DNA of 64,000 nucleotides from Aquabacterium sp. (GTDB lineage: Bacteria > Pseudomonadota > Gammaproteobacteria > Burkholderiales > Burkholderiaceae_C): contig JBKBMV010000016.1 of the NCBI GenBank assembly GCA_046295615.1, positions 3,703 through 67,702 of the forward strand, in the 5' to 3' direction. Below are positions 12,254 through 22,050 of this stretch, piece after piece. The notes below the pieces were generated by a model. It was not told the origin of the DNA, made no database searches, and was given only the letters and a program-made list of their open reading frames with translations. A program made the position numbers and the translations under genes. Each line of letters starts with the position of its first letter. Position 1 is the first letter of the stretch.

Positions 12254-13081
12254 ATGCACACCGAATGGCAGACACGGCGTTTTCGCCTCGATCTTCGGCA
12301 GCCCAAGGTCATGGGCATCGTGAATGTCACGCCGGATTCGTTCTCGGATGGTGGTCACTACTCGCAAGCCCATCTGGCCCTGCGGCATTGCGAGCAGCTC
12401 TTGTCCGAGGGCGCTGACATCCTGGACATCGGCGGCGAATCCAGTCGGCCTGGCGCCCCCAGTCTCAGCGTGGAGGAGGAATGGTCCCGGTTGGCCCCCG
12501 TGCTGTCCGAGGCTGTGGCCTTGGGCGTCCCCATCTCGGTCGACACCTGCAAGGCAGAAATCATGCGTCGTGCTTTGGATGTCGGGGTGGACATCATCAA
12601 CGACATCCGCGCCCTGACCGCGGCGGGGGCTTTGTCGGCGGTGTCCGCCGTCGCCGGGGTGGGGGTGTGCCTCATGCACATGCGCGGCGACCCGGCCACC
12701 ATGCAGCAGTCGATCCAGTACGACGACGTTGTCGATGAGGTGTGTGCGTTCCTGGCAGATCGCGCTCAGGCTGTCCGTCAGGCCGGCATCGGGGCGTCGC
12801 AGATCATGCTGGACCCGGGCATCGGCTTTGGTAAGACGCCTGAGCAGAACATGCGCTTGCAGCAGCGACAGGCGGATGTGTTGCAACTGGGCTATCCCGT
12901 GCTGGTGGGCTGGTCACGCAAGTCCACCCTGGGGGTGATCACTGGGCGCGAGGTGGGTGAGCGGCTGCCGGCCAGCCTGGCAGCCGCCTTGGCCGGCGTC
13001 GCCGCGGGCGCCAGTGTGGTGCGGGTGCATGATGTGGCGGCCACGGTGGACGCCTTGAAGGTCTGGCAGGCCTTGCGCTGA
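12254..13081 (+). CDS. folP: Dihydropteroate synthase
   Basis: MGIVNVTPDSFSDGG, DIGGESSRPG, DPGIGFGK, SRKS and RVHDV motifs. Confidence 0.97.
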   Translation: MHTEWQTRRFRLDLRQPKVMGIVNVTPDSFSDGGHYSQAHLALRHCEQLLSEGADILDIGGESSRPGAPSLSVEEEWSRLAPVLSEAVALGVPISVDTCKAEIMRRALDVGVDIINDIRALTAAGALSAVSAVAGVGVCLMHMRGDPATMQQSIQYDDVVDEVCAFLADRAQAVRQAGIGASQIMLDPGIGFGKTPEQNMRLQQRQADVLQLGYPVLVGWSRKSTLGVITGREVGERLPASLAAALAGVAAGASVVRVHDVAATVDALKVWQALR

Positions 13082-13118
13082 AGGATAATTTGCCACCCCA
13101 TCCAGACCGGATCACGAC

Positions 13119-14453
13119 ATGAGCAGACGTTACTTTGGCACCGACGGCATTCGCGGCACCGTGGGCCAACCCCCCATCACTCCCGATTTCGTATTGCGCT
13201 TGGGGCATGCTGTGGGGCAGGTGTTACGTCAAACCGAGTCTCGCCCCACGGTGTTGATCGGCAAGGACACCCGGATTTCTGGCTACATGCTGGAATCAGC
13301 GCTGGAGGCCGGCTTTGCCTCGGCAGGCGTGGATGTGGTGCTGACCGGCCCCTTGCCCACCCCTGGCGTGGCCTACCTGACCCGGGCCCTGCGGCTCAGC
13401 CTGGGGGTGGTCATCAGTGCTTCGCACAATCCATTTGCAGACAACGGCATCAAGTTTTTTTCGGCCGACGGCGAAAAGCTGCCGGACAGCTGGGAGCTGG
13501 CTGTCGAGGCCGCGCTCCTGGATGAGCCCCGGTGGGTCGATTCGGCTGGCCTGGGGCGTGCCCGCCGCCTGGAGGATGCCCGAGGCCGCTACATCGAGTT
13601 CTGCAAGAGCACCTTCGCATCGCAGCTGTCGCTCAAAGGCTTGAAGCTGGTGCTGGATGCCGCTCACGGTGCGGCCTACCAGGTGGCCCCGCATGTGTTC
13701 CATGAACTGGGGGCCGAGGTGGTCTCCATCGGATGTGCCCCCGACGGCTTCAACATCAATGAAGGCGTGGGGGCCACGCATCCCGAGGCGTTGCAGGCTG
13801 CGGTTCGGGCGCATGGTGCCCACTACGGTATTGCGCTGGATGGCGACGCAGACCGCCTGCAGATGGTGGATGCCGACGGGCGCTTGTTCAATGGCGATGA
13901 ACTGCTCTACGTGATGACAGCGGACCGACTGGCGCAGGGGCAGGCCGTCCCTGGCGTCGTGGGCACGCTGATGACCAACATGGCAGTCGAGAAGGCTCTG
14001 GCAGACCTTGGCGTGCAACTGGTGCGCGCCAAGGTGGGTGACCGCTATGTGCTGGAAGAGCTGCAAGCCCGAGGCTGGTGCCTGGGAGGGGAGGGCTCTG
14101 GCCACCTGTTGGCGCTGGATCGTCACACCACCGGTGATGGCCTGGTCAGTGCCTTGCAAGTGCTGCAAGCAGTGGTGGCTCAACAACGCAGCCTGTCAGA
14201 GGCACTGGCTCACGTCACGCTGTATCCGCAAACCTTGATCAACGTGCGTCTGCCGCCGGGATTCGCTTGGGCAGACCACGCGCCTTTGGCTCAAGCCCGC
14301 GAGGCCGTGCAAGCCCGCCTGGGTGATCAAGGCCGAATTTTGATTCGCGCATCAGGCACTGAGCCCGTGTTGCGGGTGATGGTAGAAGCCGCAGACGCCT
14401 CGTTGGCGGCCTCCTGTGCCCAGGCCATGGCTGACAGCCTGCCTCGTGCCTGA
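13119..14453 (+). CDS. glmM: Phosphoglucosamine mutase
   Basis: [16 protein letters not shown] and DGDADR motifs. Confidence 0.97.
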   Translation: MSRRYFGTDGIRGTVGQPPITPDFVLRLGHAVGQVLRQTESRPTVLIGKDTRISGYMLESALEAGFASAGVDVVLTGPLPTPGVAYLTRALRLSLGVVISASHNPFADNGIKFFSADGEKLPDSWELAVEAALLDEPRWVDSAGLGRARRLEDARGRYIEFCKSTFASQLSLKGLKLVLDAAHGAAYQVAPHVFHELGAEVVSIGCAPDGFNINEGVGATHPEALQAAVRAHGAHYGIALDGDADRLQMVDADGRLFNGDELLYVMTADRLAQGQAVPGVVGTLMTNMAVEKALADLGVQLVRAKVGDRYVLEELQARGWCLGGEGSGHLLALDRHTTGDGLVSALQVLQAVVAQQRSLSEALAHVTLYPQTLINVRLPPGFAWADHAPLAQAREAVQARLGDQGRILIRASGTEPVLRVMVEAADASLAASCAQAMADSLPRA

Positions 14454-14514
14454 GCAAAGTGAGTAGCGCAGGGGGTGTGACGGTCAGGCCGTCCTGCCCC
14501 CTGAGCTGGTTGCT

Positions 14515-15027
14515 TCACTTCTTCTTGGGCGGCACCGACACGGCGTCGATGATGTGCAACACGCCGTTGCCGGTCTGGATGTCGCCCTTGATCACCAGGC
14601 CTTCGTCCACCGTCAGGAACTCGCCCGCCTTGGACAGCGGCAGCTTGGTGTCCGCCAACGTGGTCATGGTGGTGTTGCCTTGAATGCTGGCTTGCGTGTG
14701 CACGCCGGCCACCACGTGGTGCTTCAGAACGGCTTGCAGTTCAGCCGGGTTCTTGCTCAGCGCTTCCAGCGTGGCTGCGGGCAGGGCCTTGAAGGCTGCG
14801 TTGGTAGGCGCAAACACGGTCAAAGGTGTGCTGCCGTTCAAGGCGTCCTGCAGGCCGGCTTGCTGCACCAATTGGTTGAACGTGCTCAACTCGGCGTCTT
14901 GCTGGGCGGCAGCGGCCAGGGTAGCGGGCTGGCTGGGGGCCTGGGTCGAGGCACAACCCGAGATCGCCAGCAGGGTGGCCAGAACGGTGGCGCTCAGTGC
15001 GCGATGCGAAATGTGGCGAAAGGTCAT
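14515..15027 (-). CDS. Fasciclin (FAS1) domain lipoprotein
   Basis: Lipobox LAISGC; FAS1 H1 TVFAPTNAAF and H2 NGVLHIIDAV; AGGAG Shine-Dalgarno before ATG 15027. Confidence 0.92.
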   Translation of the reverse strand: MTFRHISHRALSATVLATLLAISGCASTQAPSQPATLAAAAQQDAELSTFNQLVQQAGLQDALNGSTPLTVFAPTNAAFKALPAATLEALSKNPAELQAVLKHHVVAGVHTQASIQGNTTMTTLADTKLPLSKAGEFLTVDEGLVIKGDIQTGNGVLHIIDAVSVPPKKK

Positions 15028-15071
15028 GAATTCTCCTGATAGAAGCTCCAGGACATGAGGAGCGTTCGAGA

Positions 15072-15116
15072 ACGATAGAAATGTCATGTGACAATCCGGT
15101 GACGCATTCGTGACAG
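15072..15116 (-). promoter_or_regulatory. Pho box (three half-sites) and -10 element for the fasciclin gene
   Basis: Minus strand reads CTGTCAC-GAAT-GCGTCAC-CGGA-TTGTCAC-N10-TATCGT. Confidence 0.78.
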
Positions 15117-15175
15117 ATCCGCCTTTTGGCTCATGGTTTGGCCTTTTGTGCCCTCTGTGACAACAGGGTGCCGGC

Positions 15176-15209
15176 CTGTCACATTCGCGTCATAAACCCT
15201 TTTTACAGT
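15176..15209 (+). promoter_or_regulatory. Pho box and -10 element for pstS
   Basis: CTGTCAC-ATTC-GCGTCAT-N10-TACAGT, the canonical PhoB promoter geometry. Confidence 0.85.
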
Positions 15210-15255
15210 CCGACTGCTCTCAACTGATCTGTCTGTTGACAAGAAAGGCGTTCAC

Positions 15256-16296
15256 ATGTTCTTCAAGATGATCCGCATCGCCGCTGCTGCTGCTGCCACC
15301 GTTGCTGCCCTGTCTGGCGCCGTCATGGCCCAGAGCGTCACGGGCGCTGGCGCTACGTTCCCCGCTCCTCTTTATGCCAAGTGGGCGTCGGCTTACAACG
15401 CTGCCTCAGGGGTGCGCATCAACTATCAATCGGTGGGCTCGGGTGCTGGTCTGCGTCAGATTCGCGGCAAGACCGTCGACTTCGGCGCCTCCGACATGCC
15501 TTTGAAGGACGACGAACTGGCCAAGGATGGCTTGATGCAGTTCCCCACCGTGATCGGTGGTGTGGTGCCGGTGGTGAACATCCGTGGCGTGCAGCCAGGT
15601 CAGCTGCGTCTGACCGGCGAGTTGCTGGGCGACATCTACCTGGGCAAGGTCACGCGCTGGAACGATGCCGCCATCCGCGCCCTGAACCCTGGCGTGGCGC
15701 TGCCTGACGCTGCCATTGCCCCCGTGCGCCGCGCTGACGGTTCGGGCACCACCTTCATCTTCACCAACTATCTGTCGAAGGTGAACGCCGAGTGGAAGTC
15801 CAAGGTGGGTGAGGGCACTGCCGTGAACTGGCCTGCCGGTGCTGGTGGCAAGGGCAATGAAGGTGTCTCGGCCTTCGTGATGCGCCTGCCCAACTCGATT
15901 GGTTACGTCGAGTACGCCTACGCCAAGCAAAACAAGATGGTGCACGTGCAAATGCGCAACGCCGCTGGTACGTTCGTGCAGCCCAGCGACGACGCCTTCA
16001 AGGCAGCTGCCGCCGGTGCGCAATGGGACAAGTCGTTCTACCAGATCCTGACGAACCAGAGCGGCAAGGACACCTGGCCCATCAGCGGCGCCACCTTCAT
16101 CATGATGCACCTCAAGCAGGACAAGCCTGCTCAAGCCGCCGGTTCTTTGAAGTTCTTTGATTGGGCCTTTGTGAACGGAGACAAGGCTGCTGAAGAACTG
16201 GCTTACGTGCCGCTGCCCGCTTCCGTGAAGGATCTGGTGCGCAAAGAGTGGACCAAAATCACTGACGCCTCCGGCAAGCCGATTTCGTACAAGTGA
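15256..16296 (+). CDS. pstS: Phosphate ABC transporter substrate-binding protein
   Basis: Signal peptide; GAGATFP, GSGAG, DFGASD and RADGSGTT motifs. Confidence 0.98.
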   Translation: MFFKMIRIAAAAAATVAALSGAVMAQSVTGAGATFPAPLYAKWASAYNAASGVRINYQSVGSGAGLRQIRGKTVDFGASDMPLKDDELAKDGLMQFPTVIGGVVPVVNIRGVQPGQLRLTGELLGDIYLGKVTRWNDAAIRALNPGVALPDAAIAPVRRADGSGTTFIFTNYLSKVNAEWKSKVGEGTAVNWPAGAGGKGNEGVSAFVMRLPNSIGYVEYAYAKQNKMVHVQMRNAAGTFVQPSDDAFKAAAAGAQWDKSFYQILTNQSGKDTWPISGATFIMMHLKQDKPAQAAGSLKFFDWAFVNGDKAAEELAYVPLPASVKDLVRKEWTKITDASGKPISYK

Positions 16297-16323
16297 TCAA
16301 CATTTGTAGGGCTTGACTCAAGA

Positions 16324-16361
16324 AATCGGGTCCTGGTGCGCCAGTGACCCGGTTTTTTGTT
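16324..16361 (+). terminator. Stem-loop or partial terminator between pstS and pstC
   Basis: AATCGGGTCCTGG-TGCG-CCAGTGACCCGGTT followed by a T tract. Confidence 0.7.
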
Positions 16362-16416
16362 CAAGGAACCTGCGAAGGCTCATCACCTGCCGAAGTTTCA
16401 ACGTTAGAGGCCGTCA

Positions 16417-17448
16417 ATGACTGCGATCCTGCCCACAGACGTCGGTGACCCCGATGCCCCTCTCAACCGAGACGTACAACGCCGTCCCATGACAAACCCT
16501 CCACCAAGAAAAGTCAACGCGCCGTGGGCTGATGCCCTGTTCGCTTTTTTGACCAAAGCAGCAGCCGTTGTGACCTTGCTGCTGCTGTTTGGCATCATCG
16601 CCTCCTTGGTCGTGGGTGCATGGCCAGCCATCCAGGAGTACGGCATCAGCTTCTTGTGGCGCAGTGAGTGGGATCCTGTGCAGGACCAGTACGGTGGTCT
16701 GGTCATGATCTATGGCACGTTGATGACCTCGTTCATCGCCTTGCTGATCGCCGTGCCGGTGAGCTTCGGCATCGCCTTGTTTTTGACCGAGTTGTCGCCC
16801 AAATGGCTGCGTCGGCCGTTGGGTATCGCCATCGAATTGTTGGCTGCCGTGCCTTCGATCGTGTACGGCATGTGGGGTTTGCTGGTGTTCGGGCCGATTC
16901 TGGCTACCTACGTTCAGCAACCGCTTCAAAGCGCCACGGAGGGCGTGCCCTACCTGTCGGCGCTGTTTGCAGGCCCGCCGGTGGGTATCGGCATTTTGTC
17001 CGCCGGCATCATTCTGGCCATCATGGTCATCCCGTTCATCGCGTCGGTGATGCGCGACGTGTTCGAGGTGACCCCGCCACTGCTCAAAGAGTCTGCCTAT
17101 GGGCTGGGTTCGACCACCTGGGAGGTGGTCTGGAAGGTGGTGCTGCCTTACACCAAGACCGGTGTGGTTGGCGGCATCATGCTAGGTCTGGGGCGAGCCT
17201 TGGGCGAAACCATGGCCGTCACCTTCGTGATCGGCAACATGAACCAGTTGGACAACTTGTCTTTGTTTGAAGCAGCCAACAGCATCACATCAGCCCTGGC
17301 CAACGAATTCGCCGAGGCCAATGTGGGCTTGCACCAGGCCTCGCTGATTTACCTCGGCTTGGTGCTGTTCTTCATCACATTCTGCGTGCTGGCGCTGTCC
17401 AAGGTGCTGCTGGCTCAATTGAAGAAATCGGAAGGAGCGCGTTCATGA
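16417..17448 (+). CDS. pstC: Phosphate ABC transporter permease
   Basis: [12 protein letters not shown] and [11 protein letters not shown] motifs. Confidence 0.97.
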   Translation: MTAILPTDVGDPDAPLNRDVQRRPMTNPPPRKVNAPWADALFAFLTKAAAVVTLLLLFGIIASLVVGAWPAIQEYGISFLWRSEWDPVQDQYGGLVMIYGTLMTSFIALLIAVPVSFGIALFLTELSPKWLRRPLGIAIELLAAVPSIVYGMWGLLVFGPILATYVQQPLQSATEGVPYLSALFAGPPVGIGILSAGIILAIMVIPFIASVMRDVFEVTPPLLKESAYGLGSTTWEVVWKVVLPYTKTGVVGGIMLGLGRALGETMAVTFVIGNMNQLDNLSLFEAANSITSALANEFAEANVGLHQASLIYLGLVLFFITFCVLALSKVLLAQLKKSEGARS

Positions 17449-18302
17449 GCGCCGAGTTGCATCTTCAACGTGTCCGGATGCACGCATCCCGCAAACGGAT
17501 CAACTTCATCGCGCTCACGCTGTCCCTGGCAGCGATGGCCTTCGGTCTGGTGTGGCTGATCTGGATCTTGTTCGAAACCGTTCGCCTGGGGGTTGACGGT
17601 TTGGTGCTGGCCACGTTCACTCAGTCGACGCCTGCGCCCATGGAAGATGGCGGACTGGCAAATGCGATTGTCGGTTCGTTGATCATGGTTGGCCTGGCGA
17701 CTTTGGTAGGTACCCCGGTCGGCATCTTGGCCGGCGTGTATCTGGCCGAGTATGGTCAGTACGGCTGGTTGGGCAGTGTCACGCGTTTCATCAACGACAT
17801 CCTGCTGTCGGCCCCCTCCATCGTGGTGGGCCTGTTCATCTACTCAGTGGTTGTCGCCAAGACGCTGACGTTTTCTGGTTGGGCTGGGGTGCTGGCACTG
17901 GCGCTGATTGTGGTGCCGGTGGTCATCCGTACTACCGAGAACATGCTGATGCTGATCCCGGCCGCCTTGCGTGAGGCCGCTTACGCCCTGGGCACGCCCA
18001 AGTGGAAGGTGATCCTGAGCATCACCTTGAAGTCGGCCCGCGCGGGTGTGATCACCGGCATCTTGCTGGCGGTGGCTCGGATTGCAGGTGAAACGGCCCC
18101 GCTGCTGTTCACGGCACTGTCCAACCAGTTCTGGAGTACGGACCTCAATGCGCCGATGGCCAGCTTGCCAGTCACCATCTTCAAGTTTGCGATGAGCCCG
18201 TTCGAAAACTGGCAGAAGCTGGCGTGGGCAGGCGTGTTCCTGATCACACTGGGTGTTCTGGCTCTGAACATCATCGCCCGTACCCTGTTCCGTCAGCGTT
18301 GA
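17445..18302 (+). CDS. pstA: Phosphate ABC transporter permease
   Basis: LREAAYALG and [13 protein letters not shown] motifs; ATGA overlap with pstC. Confidence 0.97.
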   Translation: MSAELHLQRVRMHASRKRINFIALTLSLAAMAFGLVWLIWILFETVRLGVDGLVLATFTQSTPAPMEDGGLANAIVGSLIMVGLATLVGTPVGILAGVYLAEYGQYGWLGSVTRFINDILLSAPSIVVGLFIYSVVVAKTLTFSGWAGVLALALIVVPVVIRTTENMLMLIPAALREAAYALGTPKWKVILSITLKSARAGVITGILLAVARIAGETAPLLFTALSNQFWSTDLNAPMASLPVTIFKFAMSPFENWQKLAWAGVFLITLGVLALNIIARTLFRQR

Positions 18303-18338
18303 TCGCTCGACAAGCTCAATTCATCGGAGATCCTGATC

Positions 18339-19124
18339 ATGGATGCCAAGGTTTCTAACAACACCTCCAGCAAGATCAAGCTGGCCGTGCGTGACTTGAA
18401 CTTCTTCTACGGCAAGTTCCACGCGTTGAAGAACATCAACCTCGAACTGCCCGAGAACAAGGTCACGGCCTTCATCGGCCCATCGGGTTGCGGCAAGTCC
18501 ACGCTGCTGCGCACCTTCAACCGCATGTTCGAGCTCTATCCCGAGCAACGAGCCGAAGGTCAGATCCTCCTGGATGGCCAGGACATCCTCAAGTCGAAGG
18601 AAGATGTCTCGCTGATCCGCGCCAAGGTGGGCATGGTCTTCCAGAAGCCCACGCCGTTCCCGATGTCCATCTACGAAAACATCGCCTTTGGTGTGCGTCT
18701 GTTCGAGAAACTGTCGCGCAGCGAGATGGATGAGCGTGTGGAGTGGGCCCTGAAAAAGGCCGCCTTGTGGAACGAGGTGAAAGACAAGCTCAACCAGAGC
18801 GGCGCCAGCCTCTCGGGTGGTCAGCAGCAACGTCTGTGCATTGCGCGCGGCATTGCGATCAAGCCCGAAGTGCTGCTGCTGGACGAGCCATGCTCGGCTC
18901 TGGACCCGATCTCGACCGGCAAGATCGAAGAGCTCATCCATGAACTCAAGAACGACTACACCGTGCTGATCGTGACCCACAACATGCAGCAGGCTGCACG
19001 TTGCTCCGACTACACGGCCTACATGTACCTGGGTGACTTGATTGAGTTCGGTGCCACCACCGACATCTTCATGAAGCCCAAGCGCACCGAGACCGAAGAC
19101 TACATCACCGGCCGTTTTGGTTGA
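18339..19124 (+). CDS. pstB: Phosphate ABC transporter ATPase
   Basis: [17 protein letters not shown] and YITGRFG motifs. Confidence 0.98.
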   Translation: MDAKVSNNTSSKIKLAVRDLNFFYGKFHALKNINLELPENKVTAFIGPSGCGKSTLLRTFNRMFELYPEQRAEGQILLDGQDILKSKEDVSLIRAKVGMVFQKPTPFPMSIYENIAFGVRLFEKLSRSEMDERVEWALKKAALWNEVKDKLNQSGASLSGGQQQRLCIARGIAIKPEVLLLDEPCSALDPISTGKIEELIHELKNDYTVLIVTHNMQQAARCSDYTAYMYLGDLIEFGATTDIFMKPKRTETEDYITGRFG

Positions 19125-19176
19125 TGGCTCCTGATTTGACCTTGCAACACCCGACAACAAGACTACGGAGTAGCCC

Positions 19177-19884
19177 ATGACCGACAAGCACCTTTCCAGT
19201 CAGTTCGATGCCGAACTCAGCGGCGTGTCCACGCGCGTGCTGGAGATGGGTGGGCTGGTGGAATCTCAAATCGCCCAGGCCATCTATGCGCTGACCCACT
19301 TCAGCGGTGAGGTGGCCACGCAGGTCATCGCCACCGAGGCCCGCGTCAACGCGATGGAGATGGAGATCGACGCTGATCTGTCCACCATCATTGCGCGCCG
19401 TCAGCCCACGGCCCGTGACCTGCGCCTGCTGATTGCCATCTCCAAGACCATCGGTAACCTGGAGCGCGTGGGGGATGAGGCCGCCCGCATTGCACGCACC
19501 GTGCAGCGTTTGATCAACACGGGGGTGTCCAGCCGCCTGCGTCTGCCGGTCAATGACGTGTCCTTCGAGGCTGATCTGGCCACGGACTCGCTGCGTCGTT
19601 CGCTGGATGCGTTCGCCCGACTGGATACTCAAGCTGCCGTCGAGGTCATCAAGGGTGACAACGAGATCGACGCCGAGTTTGACGGCCTGATGCGCAAGCT
19701 CATCACCTACATGATGGAAGACCCGCGCACCATCTCGGCCTCGATCGACCTGGTGTTTGTGGCCAAGGCCATCGAGCGCGTGGGTGATCACGCCAAGAAC
19801 CTGGCCGAGCAGGTGATCTACATCGTCAAGGGGGCCGACGTGCGTCACAACACGCCCGAGGCCGTCGAGAACATCATCAAGTAA
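19177..19884 (+). CDS. phoU: Phosphate signalling protein PhoU
   Basis: QPTARDLR, LERVGD and IERVGDHAKN motifs. Confidence 0.97.
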   Translation: MTDKHLSSQFDAELSGVSTRVLEMGGLVESQIAQAIYALTHFSGEVATQVIATEARVNAMEMEIDADLSTIIARRQPTARDLRLLIAISKTIGNLERVGDEAARIARTVQRLINTGVSSRLRLPVNDVSFEADLATDSLRRSLDAFARLDTQAAVEVIKGDNEIDAEFDGLMRKLITYMMEDPRTISASIDLVFVAKAIERVGDHAKNLAEQVIYIVKGADVRHNTPEAVENIIK

Positions 19885-19900
19885 GTGTCAGGAGTCCTCC

Positions 19901-20602
19901 ATGAGCCGCGTGCTTGTCGTGGAAGATGAAATGGCGATCGCCGAGTTGATCGCCTTGAACCTGCGTCATGCGGGTTTCGACGTGACGGTCACGCATGACG
20001 CTGAGCGTGCGCAGGAAGCGATTGATCGCGTCCTGCCCGATCTGGTCCTGCTGGACTGGATGCTGCCCGGCCAGTCGGGTCTGGCCCTGGCCAAGCGCTG
20101 GCGTGCCGCCCAACGCACCCGGGATCTGCCCATCATCATGCTCACGGCCCGTGCCGAAGAGGTGGACAAGGTGGCGGGCCTGGATGCGGGCGCCGACGAC
20201 TACCTGACCAAGCCGTTTTCGACCCACGAGTTGATGGCCCGTGTACGGGCGGTGCTGCGTCGCAAGGCGCCTCAGGCGTTGGATTCGGCCGTGGAAGTGG
20301 CCGGTTTGCGTCTGGATCCAGCCACGCGCCGTGTCAGCCGTGGCGATCAAGAGATCAAGATCGGTCCGACCGAGTTCAAGCTGCTGCACTTTTTCATGAC
20401 CCACCCGGAGCGTGTTCACAGCCGTGCACAACTGCTGGACCGGGTGTGGGGCGACCACGTTTTCATCGAGGAACGCACGGTCGATGTGCATGTCAAGCGT
20501 TTGCGTGAAGCACTGCAGCCTGTGCAGCGTTCGCAGCTGATCGAGACTGTTCGCGGTGCGGGCTATCGGCTCACCCAGCAGGTCAGCGACGCGGTGGCTT
20601 GA
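19901..20602 (+). CDS. phoB: Phosphate regulon response regulator
   Basis: LLDWMLPG, RTVDVHVKRLR and TVRGAGY motifs. Confidence 0.97.
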   Translation: MSRVLVVEDEMAIAELIALNLRHAGFDVTVTHDAERAQEAIDRVLPDLVLLDWMLPGQSGLALAKRWRAAQRTRDLPIIMLTARAEEVDKVAGLDAGADDYLTKPFSTHELMARVRAVLRRKAPQALDSAVEVAGLRLDPATRRVSRGDQEIKIGPTEFKLLHFFMTHPERVHSRAQLLDRVWGDHVFIEERTVDVHVKRLREALQPVQRSQLIETVRGAGYRLTQQVSDAVA

Positions 20603-20633
20603 GCCCCGGTCGTTCTGACCATCACGGACTGGT

Positions 20634-21989
20634 ATGGTTGAATCCAATTCCTCCTGGGTGTGGTCCCGTGTGGGGTCGCGCTTGCTGTCGGCGATGGCTG
20701 GCGGTCTGCTGGGGTGGGCCCTGGGTCTCTGGTTGGACTATCCGGTGACCCTCGCTTGTGCTGGCGCGGGCATGGCTGTGCTGGCATTGTCGGTGGCTGA
20801 CACCCTCAAAGGCCATGATCTGCTGGATTGGCTGCGCAATCCGGATGCCGAGCCCCCGGTCTTGCCGGGCCTGTGGGGTGAGGTGGCGCATCGCATTCGT
20901 CGGGTGGTGATTCAGCGCAATCAGGCCATCCAGGATGAGCGCGCTCGTCTGGATCAGTTCCTCTCAGCGATGGAGGTGTCGCCCAACGGCGTGATGCTGC
21001 TGGATGCCAGCGAACACATCACCTGGATGAGTTCAGTCGCGGCAGATCACTTTGGCCTGGATGCGCAACGCGATTTGCAGCAGCGCATCACCAACCTGGT
21101 TCGCTACCCGGCGTTTGTTCAGTATCTGGCGGCGGGTGACTACCGCGACCCCGTGAAGTGTGTGGTGGCGCGGGGTAGCTTGACCCACCTTCAGGTTCAG
21201 GTGCGTGAGTACGGTGACGGGCTCAAGCTCGTGGTCTCTCAAGACATTTCGGAACGTGAACGGTCTGACACCATGCGTCGGGATTTCGTGGCCAACGTGT
21301 CACACGAGATCCGCACGCCATTGACGGTGTTGAGCGGTTTCATTGAAACCATGGGCTCCTTGAACCTGACTGAGGTGGAGCGCCGGCGGGTGATCGAATT
21401 GATGGCACAACAGGCCTCCCGCATGCAGACCCTGGTGGCCGATTTGCTGACCTTGGCCCAGATCGAGGGCAGCCCCCGCCCAGCCGCAGACAAGTGGTGC
21501 TCGCTGGATGCGATGCTGCGCCGTATTCAAGACGATGCCGTGGCCTTGTCGGCTGGTCGTCATCGGCTCAGCTTCCATTTCAACGACGCGTCGGGGCATT
21601 CCGTGTCGGGCGTGGAGACAGAATGGCTCAGCGGCATGAGCAACCTGGTGTCCAATGCCATCCGCTACACCCCCGAGGGTGGCGAGGTGGTGGTGAGCTG
21701 GGTGGCCCGCCCCGATGGTGGGGGTGAGTTCCGCGTGCGGGACTCCGGCATTGGCATCGATCCGGAGCACATCCCGAGGTTGACCGAGCGTTTTTACCGT
21801 GTGGATGGCAGCCGCTCTCGCGACACCGGCGGCACCGGCTTGGGCTTGTCCATCGTCAAGCACGTGATCCAACGCCACGGTGGTGACCTGCGCATCACCA
21901 GTGAACTGGGCAAGGGGTCAACCTTCAGCCTGGTGATTCCGGCGACGCGGATCAAGGCAGGTGCTGCCGCCCTGCAGCCCACTCATTGA
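20634..21989 (+). CDS. phoR: Phosphate regulon sensor kinase
   Basis: DFVANVSHEIRTPLT, NLVSNAIRY and GGTGLGLSI motifs. Confidence 0.96.
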   Translation: MVESNSSWVWSRVGSRLLSAMAGGLLGWALGLWLDYPVTLACAGAGMAVLALSVADTLKGHDLLDWLRNPDAEPPVLPGLWGEVAHRIRRVVIQRNQAIQDERARLDQFLSAMEVSPNGVMLLDASEHITWMSSVAADHFGLDAQRDLQQRITNLVRYPAFVQYLAAGDYRDPVKCVVARGSLTHLQVQVREYGDGLKLVVSQDISERERSDTMRRDFVANVSHEIRTPLTVLSGFIETMGSLNLTEVERRRVIELMAQQASRMQTLVADLLTLAQIEGSPRPAADKWCSLDAMLRRIQDDAVALSAGRHRLSFHFNDASGHSVSGVETEWLSGMSNLVSNAIRYTPEGGEVVVSWVARPDGGGEFRVRDSGIGIDPEHIPRLTERFYRVDGSRSRDTGGTGLGLSIVKHVIQRHGGDLRITSELGKGSTFSLVIPATRIKAGAAALQPTH

Positions 21990-22050
21990 CCAGATACCTG
22001 CATGAGGGCGGTTTCCGCTGGTTGAGTGGTTGCTGCCGGGACGCTTGAAC

